In this document: positions 51,801 to 63,635 of the stretch, piece by piece
Numbering within the stretch: position 1 is the stretch's first letter
Layout: the number at the start of each line of letters is the position of its first letter
DNA from: Squalus acanthias
Lineage: Eukaryota
Direction of reading: 5' to 3'
Assembly: GCA_030390025.1 (NCBI GenBank)
Contig: CM059432.1
Coordinates: forward strand, 54,066,001-54,130,000
DNA length: 64,000 nt
Program-made: the position numbers and the translations under genes
Notes under the pieces: model-generated
What the model was told of the DNA's origin: nothing
Databases searched by the model: none
The model's input: the letters and a program-made list of their open reading frames with translations, nothing else

Positions 51801-53260
51801 TTAAATTGGTGAAGGGTCATAGGCTTTCAGCTGTGTCCAGTGCTTCCATCGTCCCATGCCCTTTATATTAATGCAAGCACACGTATCCCCACTAATTAAA
51901 ATCTGATATGGTCCCGACCATTTTTTTGGGGCGAACCCGGGTTTTCCTGGTAGATTCTTAACCATTACCTTGGTCCCCGCTGGAGCGATATATGGAAATG
52001 CAGTCAATTCCAAATTTTTATCTCTTTCCTGTCTTTCCCTAGTTTGCTGTTTCATTTCTTTTAATTGGTTACTCATTTCCAGGACATATCTGCGGAGTTT
52101 ATCCTTTAGGGGACCCACATCTTCTCCTCCAGTCATTATACCATAGGGGAGCTGCATTGCCCTCCCCGTCATTAGCTCATATGGTGATAGGCCCGTGGTT
52201 CAATTTGGGGTGGCTCTTAGTTTCATTAATACTGTGGGTAGCACATCCACCCACCGTTGCTGTTTTTCCCAATGCTTTGGCTACCGCTGTTTTTAAGGTG
52301 CGATTCATTCTTTCTACCATTCCAGAACTTTGAGGATGGTATGGGATGTGGAATTTCTGTTTTATTGACCCCCTTCCTGTATGGGCGCTTCCATGATGTA
52401 GTTCTAAAAGTATCTGTCTGATGCACACGGGGGCTATCACCTTTCCATTCTTTCGCCATATTGCCTCTTCATCTGGTCTACCCCCTACTCGGTACCATTC
52501 CTGTCTTTCGTCTTCTGGGGCGTCTGCATGCAATTTACTGATATCTATTTCCTCTATCTGTGCACTAGCTACGTTCCCTTCAACCATTTCTTGCTCAAGA
52601 GCTCGCTGTGCTGCTAGATCAACAGCCTGGTTCACTTTTTTGCTCCTGATTCTGTATCTTCTGGTGCACTTTAATTTTTATTACTGCAGCTTGTGCTGGG
52701 GCTTTTGTGGCTTCCAAGAGGGCCTCTATTCGCTGCTGGTGTTTTATGTGATCCCCTCCGGTTGTCACAAACCCCCTTCTCCCCCAAGCTGTCATATAAT
52801 CGTGTACTGTCTTTCCCCTTGCTAATTCTAGCGCCTTTGTTAACGCTACTATCTCGGCTACTTGTGCCGACAAGCCTCCGTCTAAACTTCCCGACATTTC
52901 TGTTTCCAACTGATCATTTACTACTGCCAATCCTGTCCGGGGAGATCCCTTTACATATTTCCTTGACCCGTCTACGTACTGTGTCATCTGAGCTTCCTCC
53001 AGCGGTTCGTCCTGCATGAGGGTTTCGTCTAGTTCCCCCTCTGTCTCTGAGCACTGATGGGGGCTTCCCTTACTCAGGATGCCTTCCGCGGGGTTTTCCC
53101 CTGTATCCCGAATTACCTTAACTGTCTGGTCTATCGGCAGTAGGACTGCTTCCCATCGAGCTCACCGCATATTGGAAACTGACCGTAGTTTCCCGGTATT
53201 TAACATCTCTACCAGTGTATGCCGAGTGTGTAAGACGATATCCCCTGTCATCACAGTTGG
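51801..53260 (-). pseudogene. ERV pol module B: tether C-terminus, RNase H, integrase (internal deletions)
   Basis: TVMTGDIVLHTRH...VSNMR*ARWEAVLL...NPAEG, RNase H missing the YTDS segment, partial HHCC fused to the QKFHIPYHPQSSG integrase C-half. Confidence 0.9.
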
Positions 53261-54020
53261 TTTGCTACTCTAACTCTGCATCTCTGTCCTACATTATTCT
53301 TAGCGCATATTATACAACGGTGACAATACTTCGACACCTCTCGACCCATCTTTGGCCACCACCTGTACTGTGTCAGTAGGTGCAACATGTTACTTCTGCC
53401 GATATGTGTTACAACATGGTACAGTCCCATCAGTTGTTGTCTACAACATTCCGGTGCCACCACCTGGTTTCGTGGGCCCCATCTCCAAATTCTATCTCGT
53501 AACTGTGCGCCAGCTTGTTGCCATCTCTCCTTTTCCTCTTTACTAGTATTTTCTTGTACCTCCACTATATTCACTTCCTGTACCCCACTGGCTGTCATGA
53601 CCATATTTATCTCGTGTTTAAACGCGGCTTCTGGTTTAAGTTCCTCCGCGGCTAGTTTTGCGGCCAAATCTGCATATCGATTTCCTATGGGAGCCTGATC
53701 CTGGGGCTCCTATGAGTCCATGTCTATCTTCGTGTGGGCCTTTATTTTAATTACCGCGGTTTCTAAAGGTGCCTGTGTCGCCTTAACTAACCTTTCTATT
53801 AGCTTTCCATGTTTTACTACCTTTCCAGTGGAGGTCATATAACTCCTTCTGTTAATATTCCGGATGCTGGGTTTATTCCAGTATGTTTTTGTATTAATAC
53901 TGATCCATCTCTTGGTCAGAAGATTGTTTCCCACTTTGCTTTTCGGCTATCTGATATAGTTCTGTTTAAGAGCCCAAGGGGTTAATTTATCAAATCTTAA
54001 TTTTCCTTCCATCACTGTGG
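53251..54020 (-). pseudogene. ERV pol module A: second, divergent tether / RNase H C-terminus / integrase zinc finger
   Basis: PTVMEGKL...ISDSRKAKWETIF...GINPASGIL, RRSYMTSTGKVVKH...AVIKIKAH, GNRYADLAAKLAA, HVVTHIG...WWPKM...CIIC. Confidence 0.85.
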
Positions 54021-55699
54021 GGAAATACTAACTTAAAATTAAGACACTTAAATTTCATAATGTCCAATATCTTTAAATTTCGTTCAGCCATACTAAAATT
54101 GTTGCTTACAACTGGAGAAAAATTAGTTTTTCACATTTAAACAAATTGCTTCGGAGAATTCCACCATAGCAACCGCGACTCCAAGGTTAAATCTTAGACT
54201 GAAACTTAATCTTTTGTTGAACAAACTTTTTGTTTTTCTTCTCAGTTTTTACACACCAGCTTAACTTAAATTGTAGTTTGAAGTTTTGTTTCAATTCTGG
54301 GTGCACAATCTTATTCAATGTGGTCTACACAAATTTACACCAACCAGAATTTCACCGTGGCCACAATGAAAGTCTGGTTTCAATAGGTTAATTCACCTCT
54401 AACTCCAATTCAATCCAGATCAGTTTTTTCAAACTAACCAGTATCACTTGGAAAAGAAAGAAACCACATTAACAAAGAAACAATTACTCATGCCTTGTAA
54501 ACATTCAAATTCATTTTCTTCCAGGCACATTGGCAACTATGACTTCAAGGCTGAAGCTTATCTTTTGTAAAACAATTAACAAACTTAAAACAACACACAC
54601 TTGTCTGTCATTCAAGACAGGTCTTCAAAGGGTTAAACAGCTTTTAGCTCTCTGTACAAAAGAGTGGGTGGAGCTAAAACAAAACTGACTTCGACTTTTT
54701 TTTTTAAAAAACAGACTTTCAGACAAAAGACATACTGTAACTTCTTAAACATTCACAGTCAGGAAAACTTTGAGCCTTTAACACACTCTTTCACCCAAAC
54801 TGAGATCCCAGCATTTTTTAATTTTTCAAGGTTCCTGTCACTTAGCAAATCTTGAGTTTTATTTGTCTCAGCACAAATATTAATATAGCTTCCATGTCGA
54901 TTTGTTTCCTGACTCATACCCTTTCTTAATCATATAATAATAGCTCTTGTTCTAATTCAAGAATTCTTTCATTTTTACTTGCAAGTTTAGTGTGGAGTCA
55001 TTGCACCTTGTTTGTTAATGCGACTAATTGGTTTACTAGTATTACCCTCGCCTTTTTCGTCTTTTTCTGTTTTTGACCCTCTACCACTCTCTCTTACCTT
55101 CGGATTCTGGAGCGGGTCCCACCCCTCCTTCATCATCTTATCAACTAAACCCGTCTGGTCGTCTATATAGAACCTAGTAAGGGCACCATTTGTCCCTATT
55201 CTATTTCTTTCCCCGACGTCAAATATAGTCCAACTTACAGTCTTATCAAATGCTGAGTTCCTCTAATCGGGTTAGTTCTTGATACCTTAAAAGACTTTAA
55301 GCGGTTACGTAGTCACATTACACACACACATGTATTAATTGACTTCATGATCCCAGGGTACTTTGGTTCTCTACGCCTACTTGATCCTGGCCATTACGTG
55401 GGGCCCAATCGCCCTCTTAATTCCGGCTCAGGCTAGGTGTGTGAGACAGGTGCCCTCCTTGTCCGTGTCGATCAGTCAATTACTTGTACCTTCGCGACAT
55501 TTATCGTTACACAGTGTTCCCTTAGTAGACGCAATCCACACTCACACAACTGTGTTCTCATACCTCTAACAGACTTTCACTTGATTCGTGATGCTATGGC
55601 ACTGCCTCTCCGCCGTCCCAAGCGACTCAATTTCTGGACGGTCAAAATTTGACTTCTCGTCCGGCTTCACTGGTACGGGCGGTCTTTCAATCCCAGAGC

Positions 55700-55717
55700 A
55701 TCCTGCCGACTACGCCA
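55700..55717 (-). promoter_or_regulatory. Primer-binding site complementary to tRNA-Ser
   Basis: Minus strand TGGCGTAGTCGGCAGGAT, 2 nt after the LTR-terminal CA; plus strand ATCCTGCCGACTACGCCA matches the 3' 18 nt of vertebrate tRNA-Ser(AGA-type) as I recall it. Confidence 0.92.
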
Positions 55718-55719
55718 AT

Positions 55720-56385
55720 TGTTGGTGAAAAATTAATTCACTCGAGTCTGTCGTAAAGCAAAAGATCACAGTTTATTATTCAGAGCGCTCCGGGAGAATT
55801 CAGAGCGCTCTGGGAGAAGGCTCATAGCCTGCGGTCTCATGACCCGCTTCTCAACTTAACAATGGGAGCCATGCTTCTTTATACACTTCCAAAAGCCAGA
55901 AAATACAAACATCAGCACAGTTAGGGTTAGGGTTACGTCATGAGTGACCCTTAGGTTGTCTAAAAACAACTTGATCAGAATTTACACTGTTAGCAAAACT
56001 TATTCTTTTACTACTGCTTTTATCAACCATCTGTGCTGCATTGGTTTCATTCTTACACCTATTTGAGGTTACTTTACAGAAAAACAATGATTCACATTTT
56101 TGTTCTGCAGTGTCTGCATTATTTATACTGCAGCCTAAGCAAGTTGGTCTTTTATCTAATTATACCCCTGTCTCCATGCCTTCGGGAGATACTTTGACCT
56201 TTACTATAGTCCTTTAAGCAGTTCAACTAATCTTAAACAATACAAATGATTTGCCCTTACGTTATTACAATTACATTTTTTAACTCTTACAGGCAGTATT
56301 GTGACAGGTGGTTCATGTAACAAGTAAACCGCAACACACAATTTTAAGTTAAATTGCGAAGTTGGAATGTCTCCTTCACCAAGCA
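55720..56385 (-). repeat. ERV 5' LTR (666 bp)
   Basis: Inverted termini TGCTTGGTGAA...TTCACCAACA on minus; TATAAAG at 55883-55877; AATAAA at 55777-55772; adjacent to the PBS. Confidence 0.88.
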
Positions 56386-57547
56386 TACATCACCTTTCTA
56401 GGTAAACCTTACATAATTACCTTAACATTCTAAATATTTTCCAGAAAATAGGTATTTGGAAAAAATTAAGGACATCTTACTCTGCAAGAATATTTTCTGA
56501 ACATGATCTAATCTTGCTAAGCAGGCAATTTCAGGCTCACTGCTCTCTATGGTATCGGCTGTCCCATGCCCATCTCTCTACTGGTCCCACTGCTCCAGGC
56601 CCATTACTCAATACCAGTGCTGGCTTGTCCAGATCCGTTGCTCTCCTCAGTGCTGACTGCTCTGGGTGTGGTGTTAGGTATGTGTAAAGTTAATAAAAGG
56701 ACAGTGACATGAGGTGTATAGTATCACATAACTAGTGTAATACTAATACCAATTTGTTTTTATGATAGCAGATTATCAGGAATGCATTAAAGGGTACATT
56801 TTATGAATCTTCATGCTTATCAGAATACTGGCAAGAGGTCAGAAGATCTAACAGGATTTGTTGTCCATTATTATATTTAACAACATAGATATACTGATTT
56901 GATACATTGATTTTCATCTAGCAGGGCTATACAAATGATTACTGACCAGCCTGCACCAGTTGAATTTGAAATCAATACAATTGGGCTGCATAATAGCAAG
57001 TTTTATTATAAATCTCACTTAACATTTTTTCCTGGTTCTGCACTTATCTTCTCAAGTGGGACATTTGTATCATTTGATAAAGTCAGTAAGGAAGATAAGA
57101 TTGTAATATTTACTTTTTCATTATATACACATTAATTTTGCATTAAATAAAATAGTAGCAATAAAATAATATCGAATTAATTACTTCCTTCCTACAGAGG
57201 TCAGCACTGGAATACTTGTAGAGAATTATGATTTGCCATACTTTACAGCCGAAGAATTTGTTTTCATGCAGATAAAAGCAGAATTGCAGCAGTGGTTTCC
57301 TGTGGTGATGGTACAGATACTACACTAACACACTGAAAGCTAATTATTTGCTTTTCTCTGAGATATCCCTGTGGCTCCTTATTGTGAGTCATCGTCAGAT
57401 TATAATTTGGTTCATGGTGAGAAACATATGGATACAGTAAGTGTCAAGTTTGGGGTCTGACAGCAGGTGCAAAATGTAGTTTGCATGAACCTCACTAAAC
57501 ACATAACCAAGGTCACCTATCCATCATTCCAACAAGCCATGTAAGAA

Positions 57548-58339
57548 GTGAGGTGTGAGGTGATGCATTTTGGGAGGACTAACAAGGCAAGGGAATACAC
57601 AATGAATGGTAGGACCCTAGGAAGGACAGAGGATCAGAGGGACCTTGGTGTGCATGTACATAGATCCCTGAAGGCAGCAGGACAGGTAGATAAGGTGGTT
57701 AAAAAGGCATATGGGATACTTGCCTTCATTAGTCGAGGCATAGAATATCAGAGCAGGGAGGTTATGATGGAGCTGTACAAAGCGCTAGTTAGGCCACAGC
57801 TGGAATACTGTGTGCAGTTCTGGTCGCCACACTATAGGAAGGATGTGATTGCATTGGAGAGGGTGCAGAGGAGATTCACCAGGATGTTACCTGGGCTGGA
57901 GCGCTTCAGCTATGAAGAGAGACTGGACAGGCTGGGGTTGTTTTCCTTAGAGCAGAGAAGGCTGAGGGGGGACCTGATTGAGGTGTACAAAATTATGAGG
58001 GGCATAGATAGGGTAGATAGAAAGGAACTTTTCCCCTTAGTAGAGGGGTCAATAACCAGGGGGCATAGTTTCAAGGTAAGGGGCAGGAGGTTTAGAGGGG
58101 ATTTGAGGAAAAACTTTTTCACCCGGAGGGTGGTTGGAATCTGGAACTCACTGCCTCAAAGGGTGGTAGAGGCAGGAACCCTCATAACATTCAAGAAGCA
58201 TTGAGATGAGCACTTGAAACGCCATAGCATACAAGGCTACGGACCAAGTGCTGGAAAATGGGATTAGAATAGACAGGGCTTGATGGCCGGCACGGACACG
58301 ATGGGCCGAAGGGCCTCTTTCTGTGCTGTATAACTCTAT
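57548..58339 (+). mobile_element. CR1 LINE 3' fragment (tail continues 59053-59066)
   Basis: 218-aa open ORF2 C-terminus, nearly identical to the CR1 at 32271-33100. Confidence 0.95.
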
Positions 58340-59052
58340 GGGCTGGATTTTCATTGACCCGTGGAGGTGGGTTTGGAGGCGTGTGGGGGGTTAAAATTGC
58401 GAAAACTGGCGGGCAGGCACAAGCCCGCCTCCATCCCGCCTCCACGCAATTTTCATTGAATCGTGTCTCCTGGTCCCGACTCCGTCCCGCCTCTAAGAGG
58501 CGGGATAGGCTGTTAAGGCCCTTAACAAGCACTACATTGCCTCTATAATGCCATTTTGAAAGGCCTTTGTGATTTTAACCCTTTTTCTACGTGTAGCACA
58601 CCTGTTCTGAACCACGAATGTGAAACCTGGCGGGAGCACATTTGGACAGCTGACTATCAATGGCTGGCTGGCTGGCTGGCTGATATCTGGGAGTGGTATG
58701 GATGGAACATATCTGGGAGTGGTGGTGATGGATGGATGAGACATATCTGGGAGTGATGGTGCAAAAATATCTGGGAGCAGACTTAGGGCTGCTGCTCATT
58801 TTGCATCCAGGTCCTCTCACAGCAAAGGCCAGGCAGTCTTTGCACACCTTCAATGCAGCAGCAATGATGACATCATCAGAGGCAACTTTCAGACTGAAAA
58901 CACTAATTGGTTCATGGGTTCCCACATGCTGGAACTCAATTGCCCAATTAAGTGAAAATCGCATCAATCTCCCACATCCAATTGCAGTCGGGTGGATAAC
59001 ACGAAAAGTGGATGACACGACCCCAACCCGCCCCAGTATCAAAATCCAGCCC
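58340..59052. mobile_element. PIF/Harbinger MITE inserted in the CR1 tail
   Basis: TIRs GGGCTGGATTTT / AAAATCCAGCCC with TAT TSD. Confidence 0.9.
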
Positions 59053-59917
59053 TATGACTCTATGACTAGGCAACCCACGTCTGCTGGTCCAGTCAGCTGA
59101 GGAAAAATCTCTTTACAAATGTGATGGGGATGAGGAATGAAGTCTAAACAGATACTAAATAACTCTATCTCCACTTCCAGATTCCAACTTCACAAGCTGA
59201 GTGTAGTAAAAAATGGAAGGAGACAATGGAACATGACCCTGGAAGGGATCAAATGCATAACCAATGTAGCACTGAAGACTGATTGTTAAGTGAGTTCTTG
59301 GCTGCAGGTACAGTTCTCCTGGGTCAGTACATGAAAGGATTGATCAATGGCCTCCTGTAGGCAGCGAGAAGATGCATCTCAGTTATATGGTATTGAGCTA
59401 TAAATCATTGCTCCTTATTTGTTCTAGTTGAATAAAAAATAATCCTGAAGATCTGGACCTTCTTTCATCACCTTTGTGTCCAAAAGGCTGACTGCAGATC
59501 ATATTTCTGTCCTGAGGAACTAACATGTATACCAATAACACCTGTAAGTCAACTGCAGAGCTGGTGTAAATGGGTTGTCTATTTCAATAATCTCTGCAGG
59601 AAGATAGAAACAATGGCCGGAATCTTTACCTTGGAGTCGGGTGGGTGCATGCGAGCTGCATAGTGGGTCAGGATCCCAAAGATGTAAACAGTGCATTCTG
59701 CAGTGCGACTTTCACTTAATGGCCCCAATTAAACCAGTCATGCGCATTTCCTGGCCCAATTAAGTGGAGCGGGTCTGAAGACGTCATTGATGATTCATTT
59801 CCAGCGCGGATATTTAAAGCAGCCTTGCACACATCTCATTTGAAGGTCGATGTAGGAGTGAATAAGTTGGTATCCAGAGGTCTGAGTAGCGTCATAAAAC
59901 TGATACAAGTGTGGGTA

Positions 59918-61380
59918 ATGAAGACACAAAGGCAGGGGGCCATTGATGGTCTGGTGCAGGTAGTAAGAGCATGCAGGGAGGTCCTCTTCCCTGGCGATAG
60001 ACGCAAAAGACCACCCAAAGACACAAAAAGGGCATGGTTGGAGATTGCAAAGGAGGTCAATAGCAGGGATGTGATCAGGAGGACGTGGATCCAGTGCTGC
60101 AAAAGATTCAATGATCTCATGAGGTCAGGAAAGGTGAGTGCAATGCCACACTCACCTTCATCCTGATGTGCCTGTCACCACAACCCGATCACTCTGCCTT
60201 CCCAAGCCTACTCCTGCGCATCATTCCTCACACCAACCCACCTTGCAGGTCGATCCATCCCTCTCTGTCTATGTACATACTCACATCCTCATCTGACTAA
60301 CCACCACTGACACTCACCCTCATCCTAATCATAGCAAGTAACACCACAGAAGGAGGTCATTTGGCAATGTCATGCCACTCCCTCATAGTCACCCTCTACA
60401 GATGTAGCCCATCCATTCCTCACACTCATTCCATCACTCTCACTCAAAGTTCTCTTCTTTCCCTCCTTGCAGGAGAAGAGAGCCCACAACAATAGGGAGA
60501 GGCAAAGAACTGGAGGTGGCCCTCCAGTCTTCACGCCATTGACTCCAGCAGAGGAGGAGGCCCTAGAGATCTCTGGAGTTGCAGAGCTGCTGATGATGGG
60601 AGACGGAGAGAGGGGGACATCCCAGCAACCTGGTGATAGAATCACATCTCATATAGCCACATGGCATACAACAGTCACCCATATGCTGACTCATGTCAGC
60701 AGCCAGTGTAATGTCATCTTGTGCATAATGGTAACGTTACCCATTCTTATTATAACACTTCTAATTCATCTCTTTACTCTCCCACAGGTCCATCATCTGC
60801 AAATGCACTCCCCCCCCCACTCCACTATCCAGCTGGAGGAGGAAGATGACTCCTCAGAGGAATCTCCAGCCTCTGAGGGTGCACCATCACCAGACCCAAG
60901 TGCAGCCAGCACCAGCGCAGATACGCACACCTCGGTGGGTCCTGTGCGAGATAGAATAGTGTTGTCACCTGGTGTCTCTCAAATCACAAGTGAGCAAGAG
61001 CAGATGGTGTTGACAGGGGCAGCAGTGGAGACTCCTTGCCGGAAGGCACAGGACGCTCCAAGCTCTGCTGAGCTGCATGCAGATGCTGAGCCTCAGGGCC
61101 ATCGAGAATGAGGGTGATCTCGAAGGGGCAGCCACAATTGCATGAGGCTCTGGCAGCTTTTTCAGCCGTGTTGTATGCAACTGTACAGAGAATGGAGGAG
61201 TCCATCTCCAACATCAGGACCACCATCTCGCAGGTGATGGCGACGATGTGCTGTTCCATGGAAAGGATGGCCACCTGCATGGAGCAGCAAATGTGCCAGT
61301 CACATGAGAACATGCTTGCTGTGGACAACAGATGGCAGATGCTTATATGACCTCATCTCAAGGAGAGATATAAATGCCAG
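59918..61380 (+). pseudogene. Harbinger Myb/SANT-like gene, 3 exons
   Basis: REVLFPGDRRKRPPKDTKRAWLEIAKEVNS...WIQCCKRFNDL; AAG|GTGAGT at 60133, ttgcag|GAG at 60473, CTG|GTGATA at 60632, ccacag|G at 60788. Confidence 0.82.
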
Positions 61381-61381
61381 C

Positions 61382-63385
61382 ATTTATTGCCCATCTCTAA
61401 TTGCCCTTGAGAAGGTGGTGGTGAGCCGCCTTCTTGAAACGCTGCAGTCTGTGTGGTGAAGATACTCCCACAGTGCTGTTATTGAGGGAGTTCCAGGATT
61501 TTGACCCAGCAACAATGAAGGAACAGCGCTATATTTCCAAGTCAGGATGGTGTGTAACTTGGAGGAGAACTTGCAGGTGATGGTGTTCCCATGCACCTGC
61601 TGCCCTTGTCCTTTTAGGTGGTAGAGGTCATGGGTTTGGGAGGTGTTGTCGAAGAATCCTTGACAATTTGCTGCAGTGCATCTTGTAGATGGTACACACT
61701 GCAGTCACGTGCTGGAGGGAGTGAATGTTTAAGGTAGTGGATGGGGTGCCAATCAAGCGGGCTGCTTTGTCCTGGATGGTGTCGAGCTTCTTGTATGTTG
61801 TAGCAGCTGCAATCATCCAGGCAAGTGGAGCGTATTCCATCACACTCCTGACTTGTGCCTTGTAGATTGTGGAAAGGCTTTGGTTAGTCAGGAGGTGAGA
61901 CACCCAGAATACCCAGCCTCTGACCTGCTGTTCTGGAGTGCAAGCCTTCAGCACGACAGCCGGGATGTCGGGGCCCATAGCTGCATCCAGTGCGCTCAGC
62001 CATTTCTTGACCACGTGGAGTGAATCGAATTGGCTCAAGACTGGCTTCTGTGATGGTGGGGACGTCAAGAGGAGGCCAATATGATCATCCACTCGGCACT
62101 TCTGGCTGAAGATGGGTGCAAACGCTTTAACCTTGTCTTTTGCACTCACGTGCTGGGCTCCGCCATCATTGAGGATGGGGATATTCATGGAGCCTCCTCC
62201 TCCCGTTAGTTGTTTAATGGTCCACCAGCATTCACGACTGGATGTGGCAGAGCTGCAGAGCTTGATCTGATCCGTTGATTGTGGGATCGCTTAGCTCTGT
62301 CCATAGCATGCTGCTTTCGCTGTTTAGCGTTCATGTAGTCCTGTGTTGCAGCCTCCCCAGGTTGGCACCTCATTTTTAGGTACGCCTGGTGCTGCTCCTG
62401 GCATGCTCTTCTGCACTCCCCATTGAACCAGCGTTGGTCGCCTAGCTTGGTGGTAATGGTAGAGTGAGGGATATGCCAGGTGATGAGGTTACAGATTGTG
62501 GACAGTACAATTCTGCTGCTGCTGATGTCTGACAGTGCCTCATGGATGCCCAGTTTTGCGCTGCTAGATCTGTTCTGAATCTATCCCATTTAGCACAGTG
62601 GTAGTGCCACACCACACGATGGAGGGTGTCTTCAGTGTAAAGACGGCTCTTCATCTCCACAAGGACTGTGTGGTGGTCACTGCCTCCAATGCTGTCATGG
62701 ACAGATGCATCTGCGACAGGTAGATTGGTGAGCATGAGGTCAGGTAGGTTTTTCTCTCGTGTTGGTTCTCTCACCCCTTGCCGCAGGCCCAGTCTGGCAG
62801 CTACGTCCTTCAGGACTCAACCAACTTGGTCAGTCATGGGGCTACCGAGCCACTCTGGTGATGGACATTGAAGTCCCCCCACCCAGAGTACATTCTGTGC
62901 CCTTGCTACCCTCAGTGCTTCTTCCAAGTGGTCTTCGACATGGAGGAGTACTGATTCATCAGCTGAGGGAGGGCGGTAGGTGGTAATCAGCAGGAGGTTT
63001 CCATGCTTGATCTGAAGTCATGAGACTTCATGGGGTCCGGAGTCAATGTTGAGAACTCCCAGGGCCACTCCCTCCCGACTGTATACCACTGTGCCGCCAC
63101 CTCTGGTGGGACAGGACCTACCCAGGGATAGTGACGGAGGAGTTTGGGACATTGGCTGAAAGGTATGATTCTGTGAGTATAACTATGTCAGACTGTTGCT
63201 TGACTAGACTGTGTGACCGCACTCCCAATTTTGGCACAAGTCCCCAGGAGGACTTTGCAGGGTCGACTGGGCTGGGTGTGCCGTTGTCATGTCTGAAGCC
63301 GGTTTTATTCTTATTATTGTTTTCTGTAGCAGTTTGTTACAACTGAATGGCTTGCTCGGCCTTTTCAGAGGGCAGTTAAGAGTCA
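61382..63385 (-). mobile_element. CR1/Zenon-like LINE with internal deletions
   Basis: APE C-terminus (PTREKNLPDL...GGSDH) and YKAQVRSVMEY...LDTIQDKAARLIG. Confidence 0.88.
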
Positions 63386-63635
63386 CCACCGCACTCAACT
63401 TCTTCACCTCAGGCTCCATCCAGAGATCTGCAGCAGACATTTGAAGGATCTTGCAGTCGGCTGCCCACAGATGCATGACCGATGTATGACTGATGCCATG
63501 TTTGACAAGTCAGCCAATTATGTCAATTTTGCCACTGATGAAGCCAGTTTGCAGCTCTGGCTGGCTTTCCACAGGTGCAGGGTGTCATCGACTGCACACG
63601 TGTAGCCATGAAAGCACCCCATCATAACCCAGGGC
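63382..63635 (+). pseudogene. HARBI1-like transposase fragment
   Basis: VTTALNFFTSGSIQRSAADI*RILQSAAHRC...AGFPQVQGVIDCTRVAMKAP, including the first catalytic Asp motif. Confidence 0.85.

Larger units (their letters stand above)
50740..56385 (-). mobile_element. Defective endogenous retrovirus (5' LTR, PBS, gag stub, rearranged pol, small TM ORF, truncated env); 3' LTR absent
   Basis: Retroviral RNase H (YVDGS, SAQVAEIVALTKALELA), integrase (HIPYHPQSSGMVERMNRTLK, WSGPYQIL), LTR and PBS as listed below. Left boundary approximate. Confidence 0.9.

Noticed and set aside
55921..55935. TTAGGGTTAGGGTTA telomeric motif in the ERV LTR
   Set aside because: Only 2.5 units; compatible with chance.
56760..57440. 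Cluster of possible plus-strand exons in unique sequence (including ORF 56935-57135)
   Set aside because: Splice phases do not join consistently and no protein family was recognised.
58683..58777. Four ATATCTGGGAG repeats with variable spacers, superficially CRISPR-like
   Set aside because: The repeat is only 11 bp, the spacers are 13-23 nt and similar to each other, there are no cas genes, and it lies inside a eukaryotic MITE: a degenerate minisatellite.
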